A stretch of 64,000 nt of DNA, taken from contig NC_042999.1 in NCBI RefSeq assembly GCF_006345805.1, positions 104,284,001 through 104,348,000 of the forward strand. The letters run 5' to 3'. The translations under genes were made by a program, and so were the position numbers. Under the pieces are notes generated by a model. The model was not told where the DNA came from, made no database searches, and saw nothing but the letters and a program-made list of their open reading frames with translations. Each line of letters begins with the position of its first letter. Position 1 is the stretch's first letter. Origin of the DNA: Octopus sinensis (Eukaryota). Shown here piece after piece: positions 1 to 12,720 of the stretch.

Positions 1-61
1 AAGGGATCAGGGGCCTCTGTTGAAGGCTTTTTCCATGTCAATGAAAGCCAGGTACAAGGGG

Positions 62-104
<43 letters not shown>

Positions 105-188
105 ACACATACACACACACACAAACACACATATATATATACACACATACACACACACACACACACATATATAAATATATACATATAC

Positions 189-240
<52 letters not shown>

Positions 241-266
241 TATATATATTATATATATATATATAT

Positions 267-297
<31 letters not shown>

Positions 298-299
298 CA

Positions 300-1339
300 C
301 TAGCATTAAAGACCCGTCGTTGCCGGGTCATAGTGCTAGTGCATGTATATATGTGTATATATATGTGAATATATTACATGTACATCTATATATATACATC
401 TACACATAAAATACAAAATACAAAGTTATATCTTGATATCGCCAGTGATAACAATACTCGAAATATATAACAGACTGGAATTGTTAGCCCGTCTCTTGTA
501 ATTTCGATCAATTGTATCTTGTCCTCCCTCTTATATAGAAGTGTGGCTACAATTCAGCCTACCTCTACTTCGGGGGGGGGGGATGGGCATTTAAAATTTT
601 TTTCCGGAACGTCCTACGTCCCAGATATAAAGGTAAAAATAAAATATTTCCACTTTGCAAGTTCGAGTCGACTATTCCCTTGCACGCTCCGTTGACTTGA
701 ACCTTGCTTCTATTGTGGTGAATTTACCGCCTCTGATTAGATATCTTTCATAGTCCCACCAAGACACTTTTCAAAGGTGCTTTTCTCCATGTATTCAGAT
801 CTTCTTTTTACTCTTCATTGTATACTTTATAGACAATAGTCTTTTCTTTAATTTTATTTTTTATTATCCATCTGGACTATTCCATATCTGCACGCTAATT
901 TTATTTTTAATTTATTCCCATTCATGTGAAACCACTTATTCAAGTTCAAGTCATTGATGCAATTTTATACCAATTGCTATTTTTACTTTTGTTATGTTAC
1001 GATTATATTATACTTTAGTTTGATTTTAATTATTACTTACTACATATAATTCAATTGTTATTATTATTTTTATTGTTAAAGTGAAAGTATCTGACATAAA
1101 ATAGAGAAATGTTTTTGTTTCACTTTTAACACCTAATACTGAAATAGTGGAGAAGATATGATATTGCTGTGGGCTCACCCTAGGCAAAAAGTTAAAATTT
1201 TTTTTGGCCGATGACACTCCCTGGACCCTAAGTAAGGCATGTGTAAAATTTGAATGAAATTGATTGTGTAGTTCTCAAGTTTTAGGGAAACACACAGACA
1301 GACAGACACACATTCTCAGTTTTATATATATATAAAAGA
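300..1339 (-). mobile_element. Probable non-autonomous Helitron (termini may belong to one element)
   Basis: A|TC 5' end at 1339 followed by TATATAAAA..TGTCTGTCTG, as in the other Helitron copies. Hairpin GACCCG..CGGGTC plus CTAG|T 3' end at 300-329. Continuity between the two ends is not demonstrated. Confidence 0.45.
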
Positions 1340-1343
1340 TATG

Positions 1344-1395
<52 letters not shown>

Positions 1396-1628
1396 AAATA
1401 GTGTACATTTAAACACAAGAGAAACTACCTCTAACAGGTAATTTTGCACACTAGAATAAGCAGTCAAAATGACCAAAACCACATTTAAAAGCAATTTCAA
1501 GAGAATGAAAAATAAAAACTTTTATCTAGTTATTTTTTTATGGTTATACCTAGATTTCAAATTTTTTTTTAGCAAATAAAATAATTTGCTAGGCGAAATT
1601 CTAATCAGTAACCATGCCATAACATAAC

Positions 1629-1727
1629 TTTTTTCAACTGAAGACAATGAGGAGCTGTATCTGATGATTGTAGTGAGTTAAAGAATTCGATGGGGTAGTT
1701 GACACTATCCTGATCATCAACAACACT
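1629..1727 (-). mobile_element. Helitron Pif1-like helicase fragment
   Basis: Translates [33 protein letters not shown], matching the recalled Helitron helicase motif V..D.AVNYP.EFLNSL.P.G.PPH.L.LK. Confidence 0.7.
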
Positions 1728-2549
1728 GTCATTTGACTGTGACTGTGGCTGTGTCTTTAGTCAAGCAAATCAACCCCAGGACTTATTTTTTGTAAACCTA
1801 GTACTTATTCTATTGCTCTCTTTTGCTAAACTGCTATGTTATGGGGATGTAAACACACCAACATCGGTTGTCAAGCGATGGTTGGGGGAACAAACACAGA
1901 CACACAAATACATACGTACACATGCTCACACACACACACACAACACACACACACACACACACACAACAGGGTTCTTCTCAGTTTCCATCTACCAGATCTA
2001 CTCATAAGGCTTTGGTCAGCCTGAGGCTATAGTGGAAAACACTTGCAAAAGGTGTCATACAGTAGGACTGAACCCAGAGCCATGTGGTTGGGAAGCAAGC
2101 TTCTTACCACACTGCTGCTCCTGCATCTATATGTGCCTACACACACACACACACAAACACACACACATATGATGGACTCTCCCACTGAAGATAACATATG
2201 AGCATTCATCTTTTGCTGAACAACCTGCACATATGATTTGTTTATAGTGATCAAATGTTCATGCTCCACATTAGCTAACCCTCTCCGTCAAATCAACATT
2301 GTTTGAACAGGTGCATGGTATACTACACATCAGGTGTCGAAGCATGCACAAAGCAACATGAGATGAAGTGTTTTGCTCAAGATAACAATGCACCACCTGA
2401 TCCAGGAATTGAAACCATGATCTCATTATCATGAGAGCAGCACCCTAACCACAAAATATATATTGACTAAACTAGTTCTCTATTTCACATTTGCTAATAG
2501 AAACAAAATAGTTAAATAAAAAGTTGCATTTCCATTATTTTGTCCAATC

Positions 2550-2633
2550 CCTGTATGTATGTATGTATGTATGTATGTATGTATGTATCTATGTATGAAT
2601 GTATGTATGTCTGCATGTATGCATATATGTATG

Positions 2634-2668
<35 letters not shown>

Positions 2669-2757
2669 GCACACATGTACACACATTATTATTGATATTT
2701 TTGTTATTGTCATTGTTGTTATTATTATTACTATTATTATTATTATTATTATTATTA

Positions 2758-2796
<39 letters not shown>

Positions 2797-3077
2797 TATT
2801 ATTATTATTATTATTGTTGTTGTTATTAGTAACTGATGCAGTATTAATATCAAAAGTAATCATTATATCCAACTTAACATAGATATCTTATTAGAAAACT
2901 AGATAGTGTATTATTAACTTTGTGAGATCCACTCACATAGGCACTCGTGCATAAAAGCATACACAATCTGTATGTATGCTTTTATGAACAAAACATCTAT
3001 ATGAGAGGATCTCACAAAGTTAATAATTGCATATACATACATACATACATACATACATACATACATACATACATACA

Positions 3078-3111
<34 letters not shown>

Positions 3112-3147
3112 CATACATACATACATATATATATATGTGTATGTATG

Positions 3148-3178
<31 letters not shown>

Positions 3179-3236
3179 ATAGGTAAATTGAAAATGAAAA
3201 TGCAGATAAAAATCAACAAAAGTCAAAAGGATGCAT

Positions 3237-3280
<44 letters not shown>

Positions 3281-3777
3281 ACATGCAAATGCATACACTC
3301 ACATATATACATACACATATACATAGGTATCTATTGTCTCTCTCTCTCTTGTGTACTCTCTCTTTTCTCTCTCTTTCTCTCTCTCCCTCTCCCTCTCTCC
3401 ATATATATACATACATATATACACATGCACACACACACATATCAAATGTATACCTATATGAGTATATATATATATATATATGCATATGTACACAAAGATA
3501 TATATATATATATATGTATGTATGTATGTATATATATATGTATGTATGTATATATATATATATATATATGTATATGTATATATAATATATATATATATAC
3601 ATATACATATATATATACATACATACATATATATATATATACATACATATATATATATATATATAATATATATACATACATATATATACATATATATATA
3701 TATACATACATATATATATATACACACACATATATATATACATATATGTATATATATATATATATATATATGTATAT

Positions 3778-3849
<72 letters not shown>

Positions 3850-3935
3850 TACATGCATAGATACATACATATATGTGCAACATACATGCATAAATATATA
3901 TCTATCTATATATGTATATGTGTGTGTGTCTGTAT
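2550..3935. repeat. Compound microsatellite field (TATG, ATT, TACA, CA, TA, GA)
   Basis: Directly visible. Comparable fields at ~60-300, 5153-5420, 10545-10745, 23100-23330, 25860-26045, 27490-27725, 39700-40430, 42020-42390, 58225-58580. Confidence 0.95.
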
Positions 3936-4555
3936 AAATGTGTATCAATGTAGTTTCTAAACACAATCTTATTTAAAATGAAAACGGAATCCAAGACAAG
4001 TTATTTTTAGACAGATTAAATTTAGTTTCATCTTATTGGATTTGGTTCCATTTTGAGAAAATGTGAATATTATTATAGCAGAAGCCTTCTATATTGGGAA
4101 ATGGGTTGTGCGGGTGCCTTCTTGAATTACTGGTTTTACGTATCAATCAGAGCACGAGGAATAAAAACAGTGCTTTGTCACACACAAACACATACGCACT
4201 CATCTACATGTGCACTCTTGCATATATAAGCACTCACTTGTTTAAGCACACACAGGTATCTGTTTGGCTTTGTTATTTCTTGTTTCTAGTGTTTCTGTCA
4301 CCATCTTTCTTTCTCTCTCTCACACACACACACACACATACACACATGTATAGGTGTATGTGTGTGGATGTGTGTGTGAGTGTAGGTATGTATATATATA
4401 TATATATATATCATCATTATCATCATATAACGTCCACCTTCCATGTTGGCATGGGTGGGATATATATACATATATTAATAGATAAATATGTGTGTGTGTG
4501 TGTATGTGTGTATATATTTGTTTGAGTTTTTTCTTCCTTTTGTATCACCAAACGC

Positions 4556-4586
<31 letters not shown>

Positions 4587-4720
4587 AATATATATATATA
4601 CATATACATATATGTGTTTGCATATGTCTGTGGATACACATGCATTAGCACACATCCACATGTTATGTTTGTATATCAGTGCATATATATGTGTGCATAT
4701 ACATACATATATGTATTTAT

Positions 4721-4753
<33 letters not shown>

Positions 4754-5152
4754 CTAGCAGTATCGCCCGGCGTTGCTCGGATTTGGAAGGGAAATAACTT
4801 TATAAGCATTTTTAGAGAGTTATAGCCAAAAAATAGCAAAACAATGCATTAAAAATGGAAAAAAAAATGATTGTAAATTTTTTTTAAATCGTTGACTCAT
4901 CATAGACATTTTTAGAGTGTTACTTCCCTTATATAATAGCGAAAAAAATGCATTAAAATGGAAAAAAATGATGGTAAATTTTTTTTTAAATCGTAGACTC
5001 ATCGTAGACTCACGTTAATACCCAGAAGGGCTCGATATGAATCACGACTATAAGATACCCGGTTTTGGTTAAACTGCACTGCAAAATGTGGGAGTAGTTA
5101 GGAATCTAAATCGTAGGAGACAGACACACAATTTGACTTTTATATATAAAGA
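4754..5152 (-). mobile_element. Non-autonomous Helitron, type A
   Basis: A|TC start at 5152, 3' end CCGAGCAACGCCGGGCGATACTGCTAG|T at 4754; inserted between A and T. Confidence 0.8.
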
Positions 5153-5173
5153 TATATATATATATATATATAT

Positions 5174-5296
<123 letters not shown>

Positions 5297-5297
5297 A

Positions 5298-5415
<118 letters not shown>

Positions 5416-5424
5416 TATATATGT

Positions 5425-6037
5425 ATCGTGAAGTATATTTGCCACCTAAATGTAGCTAACCTTAAGGGTCGATGCTATTGTAGCATGTAGCCCCAGGAAG
5501 ACATCTTCTCTATCTGGCTATTGACACATTATCTGTGCCCGCTCAGTATTTGCAAAGGGAAGTCATCGTTCCCATCTCCAGCCTGATGTGATACACACAA
5601 ACCCGAGTTTCTGGGTATTGACAACCACTGTTTAGTGATGGGAAGTGATTCTCAATGCAAATATATATATTCTTTTTCCAGTGATGAAAAGTCACTGATC
5701 TCGAAAAAGTAGAAACAAGCAATCTCTGAGTGAGATATAAACAGTAGCAGCATGACATCATGACTGGAAAAAGTATATATATTTGCATTGAGAATCACTT
5801 CCCATCGCCAACTGGTGGTTGTCACATGCTGATGACGGGTTAATACCCAGAAACTCGGGTCCGTGTGTATCACATCTGGCTGAAGATGGGAACAATGAAT
5901 TCTCTTTGCAAATACTGATAGGGTACAGATAGTGTGTCAATAGCCAGTTGGAGGAGATGTCTTCCTGGGGCTACAAGCTACAGTAGTATCGACCCTTAAG
6001 GGTTAGCCACATTTAGGTGGCAAATATACATCACGAT
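5425..6037. mobile_element. Foldback element with ~260-280 bp inverted arms carrying a hammerhead (probable inverted PLE pseudo-LTR pair or retrozyme-like element)
   Basis: Left arm 5425-5687 (ATCGTGAAGTATATTTGCCACCTAAATG...) is the reverse complement of right arm 5758-6037 (...CATTTAGGTGGCAAATATACATCACGAT), with a 70-bp spacer. Embedded in (TA)n. Confidence 0.85.
5823..5867 (+). ncRNA. Minimal type-I hammerhead ribozyme motif (PLE-associated type)
   Basis: CACATG / CTGATGA / C-GGGT-TAAT-ACCC-A / GAAA / CTCGG-GTC / CGTGTG. Stem I is 6 bp (one G:U), the core is canonical, stem II is 4 bp with a C.A closing mismatch, stem III is quasi-palindromic ACTCGGGT, GUC cleavage triplet at 5859-5861. 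Confidence 0.75.
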
Positions 6038-6049
6038 ATATATATATAT

Positions 6050-6350
6050 ATCATGTGGTCATGTGACCGACCAGGCCATCAGATCTTGCTACACATCGCT
6101 GGTCACAATGTGCTTTGCATTGTTTTAGCCTTCAATGACACCACCCCCTGGCTAAGCGAGCAGGCCAACAGAAGAAAGAGTGAGAGAAAGTTGTGGTGAA
6201 AGAGTACAGCAGGGATCACCACCAGCCCCTGCCGGAGCCTCGTGGAGCTTTTAGGTGTTTTCGCTCAATAAACACTCACAACGCCCGGTCTGGGAATCGA
6301 AACCGCAATCCTATGACCATGAGTCCGCTGCCCTAACCACTGGGCCATTT
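6050..6350 (-). mobile_element. tRNA-derived SINE (family 4); partial 3' copy at ~25749-25860 (+)
   Basis: Head TGGCCCAGTGGTTAGG...GGTTTCGATTCCC (A and B boxes). The tail GAAGGCTAAAACAATGCAAAG...GACCAGCGATGTGTAGCAA is repeated at ~25780-25830. Confidence 0.75.
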
Positions 6351-6630
6351 TCTCAAATACTTTAACAGAGCAAAAAGATGGAAGAAATTCATGTTGTTGC
6401 TAAGATGTTAATACAGAATAAATTTCATTTTGGGGTACTATGGGTGATTGTTTATAAACTATATTGTTATGTTGTATAAAAAATAAAATTTAAGATCTTC
6501 AAAAATGACACCATAACCAAAATAGGCTTGACAGCTAAGTTTAGTAGATCAATCAACCACGTAGCAGCTTCCATACTGATTCATCACTTTGTAATGTTTG
6601 GAGAGGTTGTATACTGAGCTCTTTTAGTTT

Positions 6631-7020
6631 TGCAAGTGGTATCAATAAGTTCTTGGACTAGTTATGTTTAATAAAAAAAATAACTTATTTACCTAAGTTT
6701 TAACATCATCTCCTTTGAAATAGTTTCCTTGTGCAATATACTGGTCCCAACATTCCTGTCACTTTTGGCATCTGGCCTGGAAGTCGTTTTCCGTAAGTGA
6801 GTCGAGGACCTTCTGCAATTCACTCTGAATCTTGACAATGGTGTTAAAACAGCGATTTTTGAGCTGCCTTTTCATCTTGGGGAAGGTATAGAAGTCTGCA
6901 GGTGCTAAATCTGATGAATAGGGCAGGTGCAGAAGCAATAACATTTTGCTTTTGGTGAGAAACTCACAAGTGAGGAGCGCTCAGTGACAGGATGCATTGT
7001 TGTGAGGAAGAATCCAATTC
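6631..7020 (-). mobile_element. mariner transposase relic, C-terminal DD(D) part plus terminal repeat
   Basis: KNWILPHNNAS ... HLPYSSDLAPADFYTFPKMKRQLKNRCFNTIVKIQSELQKVLDSL (WxLHHDNA and YSPDLAP motifs). Confidence 0.85.
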
Positions 7021-7169
7021 TTATAGATATTAAACATCAAATGACAGAATTACCTAATCAAAAAATGATGTCCTAGAAGAGGTGCCAACAGGTAAATTAT
7101 AGAATTCCTTATCAAATATTTTTCAGTAAATTAAGCACTGAGAAAAGACCACAAGGATATCCACTCTAT

Positions 7170-7500
7170 ATGATAACTGACACTCTGTCAGTTATGATGA
7201 CAAAGGTTCCAGCTGATCTGATCAACAGAACAGCCTGCTCATGAAATTAACATGCAAGTGGCTGAGCACTCCAGAAACACATGTACTCTTAATGTAGTGT
7301 TCAGGGAGATTCAGCATGACACAGAGTGTGACGAGACTGCCCTTTGAAATACAGGTACTACTCATTTTTGTTAGCTGAGAAGACTGGAGCAATGTGAAAT
7401 AAAATGTCTTGTTCAAGGATACAATGCACTACTGAGAACTGAACTCATGACCCTTATGATCATGAGCCGAATACCCAAACCACTAAGCCATGCACCTTCA
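7170..7500 (-). mobile_element. tRNA-derived SINE (family 3); related pieces at ~2280-2452 (-) and ~13598-13715 (+)
   Basis: Head GCATGGCTTAGTGGTT...AGTTCAGTTCTC followed by TCCTTGAACAAGAC-like core; shared among the three sites. Confidence 0.6.
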
Positions 7501-7897
7501 CCTTATGTAATAAAGACCAGCTAAAATCAAACTTTAAAATGACTGGAAATGAAACAAAGATATAGGAATCTGAAACGCAGGATTATTCCAAAATTTCTTT
7601 GAAGTCAAAAGGAAAAGAAAAGTTGAAGTAAAACACAAAGATTGCAATGTGTAATAACAGCCACGTTTTCCTACAACAAGATCTTGACTTCTTTATTTTC
7701 TAACTGTTACACATGAGAATTAGCCTTCTCAGTCATCAATGCTATTAACATGAAAGAACCATTCCAAATGAGGAGGAAATTGGAAGTCTCAGACATGAGA
7801 AACAGCTGATGATATACATATAGCTGTTCATGAATATATGTATTTCTATAATGAAGCATCCAATATTTCAATGACAGAATTTGTTATTCATAAATAT

Positions 7898-8385
7898 ACC
7901 TACCTACCTACGTACCTACCTACGTACCTACCTACCTACCTACTGTTCTACCTACCTACCTACCTACCTACCGACCTACCTACCTACCTACCAACCGACC
8001 TACCTACCTACCTACCTACCTACCTACCGACCTACCTACCGATTTCTTTATTACCCTCAAGGGGCTAAACATAGAGGGGATAAACAAGGACAGACAAAGG
8101 GACTAAGTCGATTACATCAACCCCCAGCGTGTAGCTGGTACTTAATTTATCGACCCCGAAAGGACGAAAGGCTAAGTCGACCTTGGCGGAATTTGAACTC
8201 AGAACGTAACGACAGATGAAATACCGCTAAGCATTTTGCCTGGCGTGCTAACGTTTCTGCCAGCTCGCCGCCTTCAAAGGTACCTACCTACCTACCTACC
8301 TACCTACCAACCTACCTGCCTACCTACCTACCTGCCTACCTACCTACCTGCCTACCTACCTACCTACCTACCTGCCTGCCTGCCT
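7898..8385 (+). repeat. (CCTA)n microsatellite array split by a SINE insertion
   Basis: CCTA repeats at 7898-8040 and 8280-8385. Confidence 0.95.
8041..8272 (-). mobile_element. tRNA-derived SINE (family 2), full length
   Basis: GGCGGCGAGCTGGCAGAAACGTTAGC...GAGTTCAAATTCC head, core GGTCGACTTAGCCTTTCGTCCTTTCGGGGTCGATAAATTAAGTACCAG, tail ending AATAAAGAAA. Further copies at ~8440-8650, 28830-30240, 31250-32495, 37900-38100, 44780-45190, 48870-49270, 61145-61335. Confidence 0.85.
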
Positions 8386-8955
8386 ATAACACACACACAC
8401 ACAAATGTATATATGCACATATATTTGTACTTATATTAGTTTCAAACTTTGATGCAAGCCAGTAATGTTGCGCAAGTGGGAAAGTTGATTACATCAATCC
8501 CAGTGTTCAACAAGTACTTATTTCATCAACCCTGGAAAGATGAAAGGTGAAGCTGACCCTGACAGCATTTGAACTCAAAACATAGAGATGGAGGAAATGC
8601 TGCTAAGAATTTTGCCTGGCATGCTAACGATTCTGCCTGCTTGCTGTCTAATATTCATACTTATATTGGTGAATATAAGTACTTCTGAAGCAAAGTATCC
8701 TGTTTTTAGTGTTATGCTATAGCATGTGTATATATATGTGGTGATGAACTCTTTACTCTTTACACTTTTACTTGTTTCAATCATTTGACTGCGGCCATGC
8801 TGGAGCACCATCTTTAGTTGGGGAAATTGACCCCAGGACTTATTCTTTGGAAGCCTGTTACTTATTCTATCGGTCTCTTTTGCCAAACTGCTAAGTTACG
8901 GAGCCGTAAATACACCACCATCGGTTGTCAAGCGATGCTGGGGGAACAAACACAG

Positions 8956-8999
<44 letters not shown>

Positions 9000-9019
9000 T
9001 CTTTATTCTTTACTCTTTT

Positions 9020-9395
9020 ATTAGTTTCAGTCATTTAACTGCGGAGCACCGCCTTTAATCAGCAACTCGACCCCGGGACTTATTCTTTTGTAAGCCCAGT
9101 ACTTATTCTATCGGTCTCTTTTGCCGAACTGCTAAGTAACGGGGACATAAACACACCAGCATCGGTTGTCAAGCAATGCTAGGGGGACAAACACAGACAC
9201 ACAAACACACACACGCATATATATATATACATATATATGACGGGCTTCTTTCAGTTTCCGTCTACCAAATCCACTCACAAGGCTTTGGTCGGCCCGAGGC
9301 TATAGTAGAAGACACTTGCCCAAGGTGCCACGCAGTGAGACTGAACCCGGAACCATGTGGTTGGTAAACAAGCTACTTACCACACAGCCACTCCT
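9020..9395 (-). mobile_element. tRNA-derived SINE (family 1), full length, with central microsatellite
   Basis: Reverse complement of the copy at 56683-57063. Further whole or half copies at ~1729-2122, 8755-9000, 9735-9882, 10745-10862, 16640-17180, 17560-18125, 23355-24210, 36470-36660, 37580-37715, 38110-38475, 56180-56560, 63765-64000. Confidence 0.9.
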
Positions 9396-10691
9396 ATATA
9401 TATACGTCGTATATATATACATATATACGACGTAAAAAGCACCATCCGATCGTGGCTGTTGCCAGCCTCATCCGGTCTCCGTGCTGGTGTCACGTAAAAA
9501 GCACCATCTGATCGTGGCTGTTTGCCAGCCTCGTCTGGCACCTGTGCCGGTGGCACGTGTAAAGCACCAACTACACTCAAGGAGTGGTTGGCATTAGGAA
9601 GGGCATTCAGCTGTAGAAATACTACCAGATCAGACTGGGCCTGGTGCAGCCTTCTGGCTTCCCAGATCCCAGTTGAACTGTCCAACCCATGCTAGCATGG
9701 AATGCGGACGTTAAACGATGATGATGATGACGACTGGCTTCTTTCAGTTTCCGTCTACCAAATCCATTTACAAGGCTTTGGTCAGCGTGAGGCTATAGTA
9801 GAAGACACTTGCCTAAGGTGCCATGCAGTGGGACTGAACCTGGAACCATGTGGTTCGTAAGCAAACTACTTACCACACAGCCTATGTTTTTTTTTTTTTT
9901 TGAAATTTATTCAATAGTAGAAATTGCCACTCCGCAAGGCTACTGGAATGATAGAATTTAAAGGAAAGAAAGATATTAAGATATTTAAAGGAAAGAAAGA
10001 TATTAAGATATAAAGATATTAAGTGGAGTGGTGGAGAGGGAAAAGAAAAAAAATAAAGAGAAGTAAGCAGTATTTTTAAATAGAAATGGTACAGAGATCG
10101 AAGTAAATATGTCAGTGAAAGTCTATGATACAATGAGAGAGAGAGAGAGAGAGAGAGAGAGGCATTGAAATAGAAAGTGAGGATGTAGTATTTAAGAGAT
10201 GCTAAGATTAGAATAAGATGGCAAGGTTATGATTCAATTTGATTCAAAAGAATTTCAGCCAAGCAAAAACATCTGAATCTCTGAACAAATTAATCAGGTT
10301 GTTTGAATCCATCAATAAGCAGTTTTACAGATGTGGAGGTAAGGAATCAAAAAAAAAAAAAAAATCAAACAAGAAAATTCTTACAATTTTGTCTGTGAAA
10401 CTGGTTAAAAGTGGATAAAATGGTCATGGTTGATTGATAGCTTTTTATTAAATAGAAGGGTATGTTAGAGAAAGCAAGAGTAAGTTTCTTGATATAGATG
10501 GATAAACAGAGACATTATATAGGAAACTAGCTTAGGAGACAAACAGATACATACATACATACATACATACATAAATACATACATACATACATACATACAT
10601 ACATGCATACATGCATACATGCATACATGCATACATACATGCATGCATGCATACATACATACATACACACATACATACATACATACATACA

Positions 10692-10725
<34 letters not shown>

Positions 10726-10920
10726 CAGATATATACATACATACATAATGGCTGTGTAGTAAGAACCACTGCATGGCACCTTGGGCAAGTGTCTTCTAAT
10801 GTAACCTTGGTCTGACCAAAGCCTTGTCAGTGGATTTGGTAGACAGAAATTGAAAGAAGTTCATCTTATATATATATATATATAAATGGAGTTAATCGCA
10901 GGTGTTATTCAAATTCTTTT

Positions 10921-11007
10921 ACTTCCGACACGTTTTGAAGATATCATTGGTATTATTCCGAAGGAATAAAATGGTGTAAAACAATGTAATCTTCTCTTCA
11001 GGGAAGT
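10921..11007 (-). ncRNA. Decayed hammerhead motif with long stem II
   Basis: Minus strand: ACTTCC / CTGAAGA / GAAGAT...(long insert)...ATCTTC / AAAA / CGTGTC / GGAAGT. G12 is A and stem III is ACGTGT; both departures are explicable as CpG decay of GAAA and ACGCGT. Confidence 0.55.
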
Positions 11008-11480
11008 GAAGAAATGAAACTTGTCAATAAATGATGGATACGTATAGTGATTAACTGAATGCTAGTAAGATTGTTTCAAAAATACGTTATAAGATATAAC
11101 GTCAGAGGTAGCTTATAGAAAGAGGAGAGATAAAGGAAAGAAAAACTAAATAAATGAGAAGTATATGACTATATGTATATTAAATAAAACCATATAGACT
11201 AGGAAAAATATATATATCTAGTGAATGTGAAATGTAAGAAAAAAATTTATGCTTAAATTATATATAATGATAGATATCACTTATATGAACTAAAGGTGTG
11301 TTTCTGCCAATGTTTACATCAGTATGCATGTGCTATAACCATGTTTACAAGGGGATTTTTAGAAAAAATAGTTTGATGCCCTTCCTAACACCAACCATTT
11401 TATAGCATGCAATGGGGGGAATTCTTTCATGGTACTACATCATATGTATATATTCATAATAACATGTTTGCACAAACATA

Positions 11481-12260
11481 TACAGGGTGTGATGGGTAAA
11501 TTGTTGGCATTTTATATTTTTTATTTCGTGCATGCACATTGTTTGTTTTTGATTTTGTGGACTACACAGTATGGTAGGGTCAGTTGGGAATCATCTATGA
11601 GGAAAACAGCACTCTGCCAGAAATCTGGAGAAACATGCTGTACTGCTTGGCATTCGTGTCAGAAGCTCCAATATGAACAACTTTTGGCTTGCCATGTCCC
11701 CTAAACATCCAGTCAATATCATGGTGTTTGGAGTGATGACTAGTGATTGTGACGTTATGCCTCCATTCATCTTCCCACACGGCCTCAGACTCAATATGGA
11801 GGCTGACATCAAGTGCCTGGAGGCGGTTGTGCTGCCCTGGGTGAAGAGAGTGGCTGCTGGAAGACTTTGCACCATGCCATGCAAGCAGGAGAATCCAGTC
11901 ATGATTGTCAGACAATTTCTGCAACTAAATCACCCCTAACATCTGGCCACCTAACTCCCCAGACTGCAACCCACTTGATTATTATATGTGGGGTACAGTT
12001 GAGTGAGAGGATCAACAAAATCTTTGTGACACCAAAGATGAACTGAAGGCAAGGATTATGGCAACATTCATCAACTTAAACAAAAAGACCGTCCAGAAGA
12101 GCTGCAGGAGATTCTGAAGTCGTCTGGAGGCCGTCATTGAAGCCAATGTCAATTTTATTGAATAAATTTAATCTTTAGCATTTCAAGATATTTTCATGTA
12201 ATTTTGGTAAATATATCTGATAAAATAAGTTGTCAGTGTTATTTTTATTTTTGTGTAATT
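11481..12260 (+). mobile_element. Internally deleted Tc1/mariner element of maT (DD37D)-like type
   Basis: Starts TACAGGGTG; encodes KHPVNIMVFGV..SD.DVMPPFIFPHGLRLN ... WPPNSPDCNPLDYYMWG ... RLEAVIEAN in broken frames. Confidence 0.8.
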
Positions 12261-12270
12261 TAGACAACAA

Positions 12271-12660
12271 TACGAAGTCTGATCAATAAGTATCTGGTCT
12301 GCTGCCATAGTAACAAACCTAAAGTATGCAAAGTGAAACTGCTTGGCAAAGATTGACCTTGAACTTTGCTGTGCAGGAACACTAAGTTTTAACATTCTAG
12401 CTCACTTCCACTGTTTACAGCAGTGCTTGGAAGGAAGGTGTGTGGCGTGTGATCGTCGCATTGACCATAACAGAGAAAGTTGTCATGGTGATAGCTGCTC
12501 AGAGACCTACACAAAGTTGCAGAAAGTGCTTGGAGAGGAGTGTATGAGCCGTACACAAGTATACAAGTGGTTCATATGTTTCCAAGATGATTGAAAAAAA
12601 TGTTGATATTGATGAACGTTCTGGAAGAGCTGCAACCAGCAGAACTGAGAAAAACATCAC
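12271..12660 (+). mobile_element. mariner 5' fragment (terminal repeat plus HTH region)
   Basis: TACGAAGTCTGATCAATAAG terminus; SETYTKLQKVLGEECMSRTQVYKWF..FQDD*KNVDIDERSGR. Confidence 0.8.
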
Positions 12661-12720
12661 GATTTTCTCAGCCAACATCTCAGTCAACATCATCTCATTA
12701 CTTCAATGGGCCATGGTACC

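Noticed and set aside
657-707. 16-bp hairpin with two G:U pairs as a structured RNA
   Set aside because: Both G:U pairs are explained by CpG-to-TpG decay of a DNA inverted repeat, so they are not evidence of RNA-level selection.
6290-6350. tRNA genes at SINE heads
   Set aside because: A/B boxes are present but there is no complete cloverleaf and each runs into a SINE body.
10259-10338. Candidate 80-nt exon or 8-nt micro-exon (TTTTACAG|ATGTGGAG|GTAAGG)
   Set aside because: Weak pyrimidine tract, no recognisable peptide, no neighbouring exons; such motifs are expected by chance in 64 kb.
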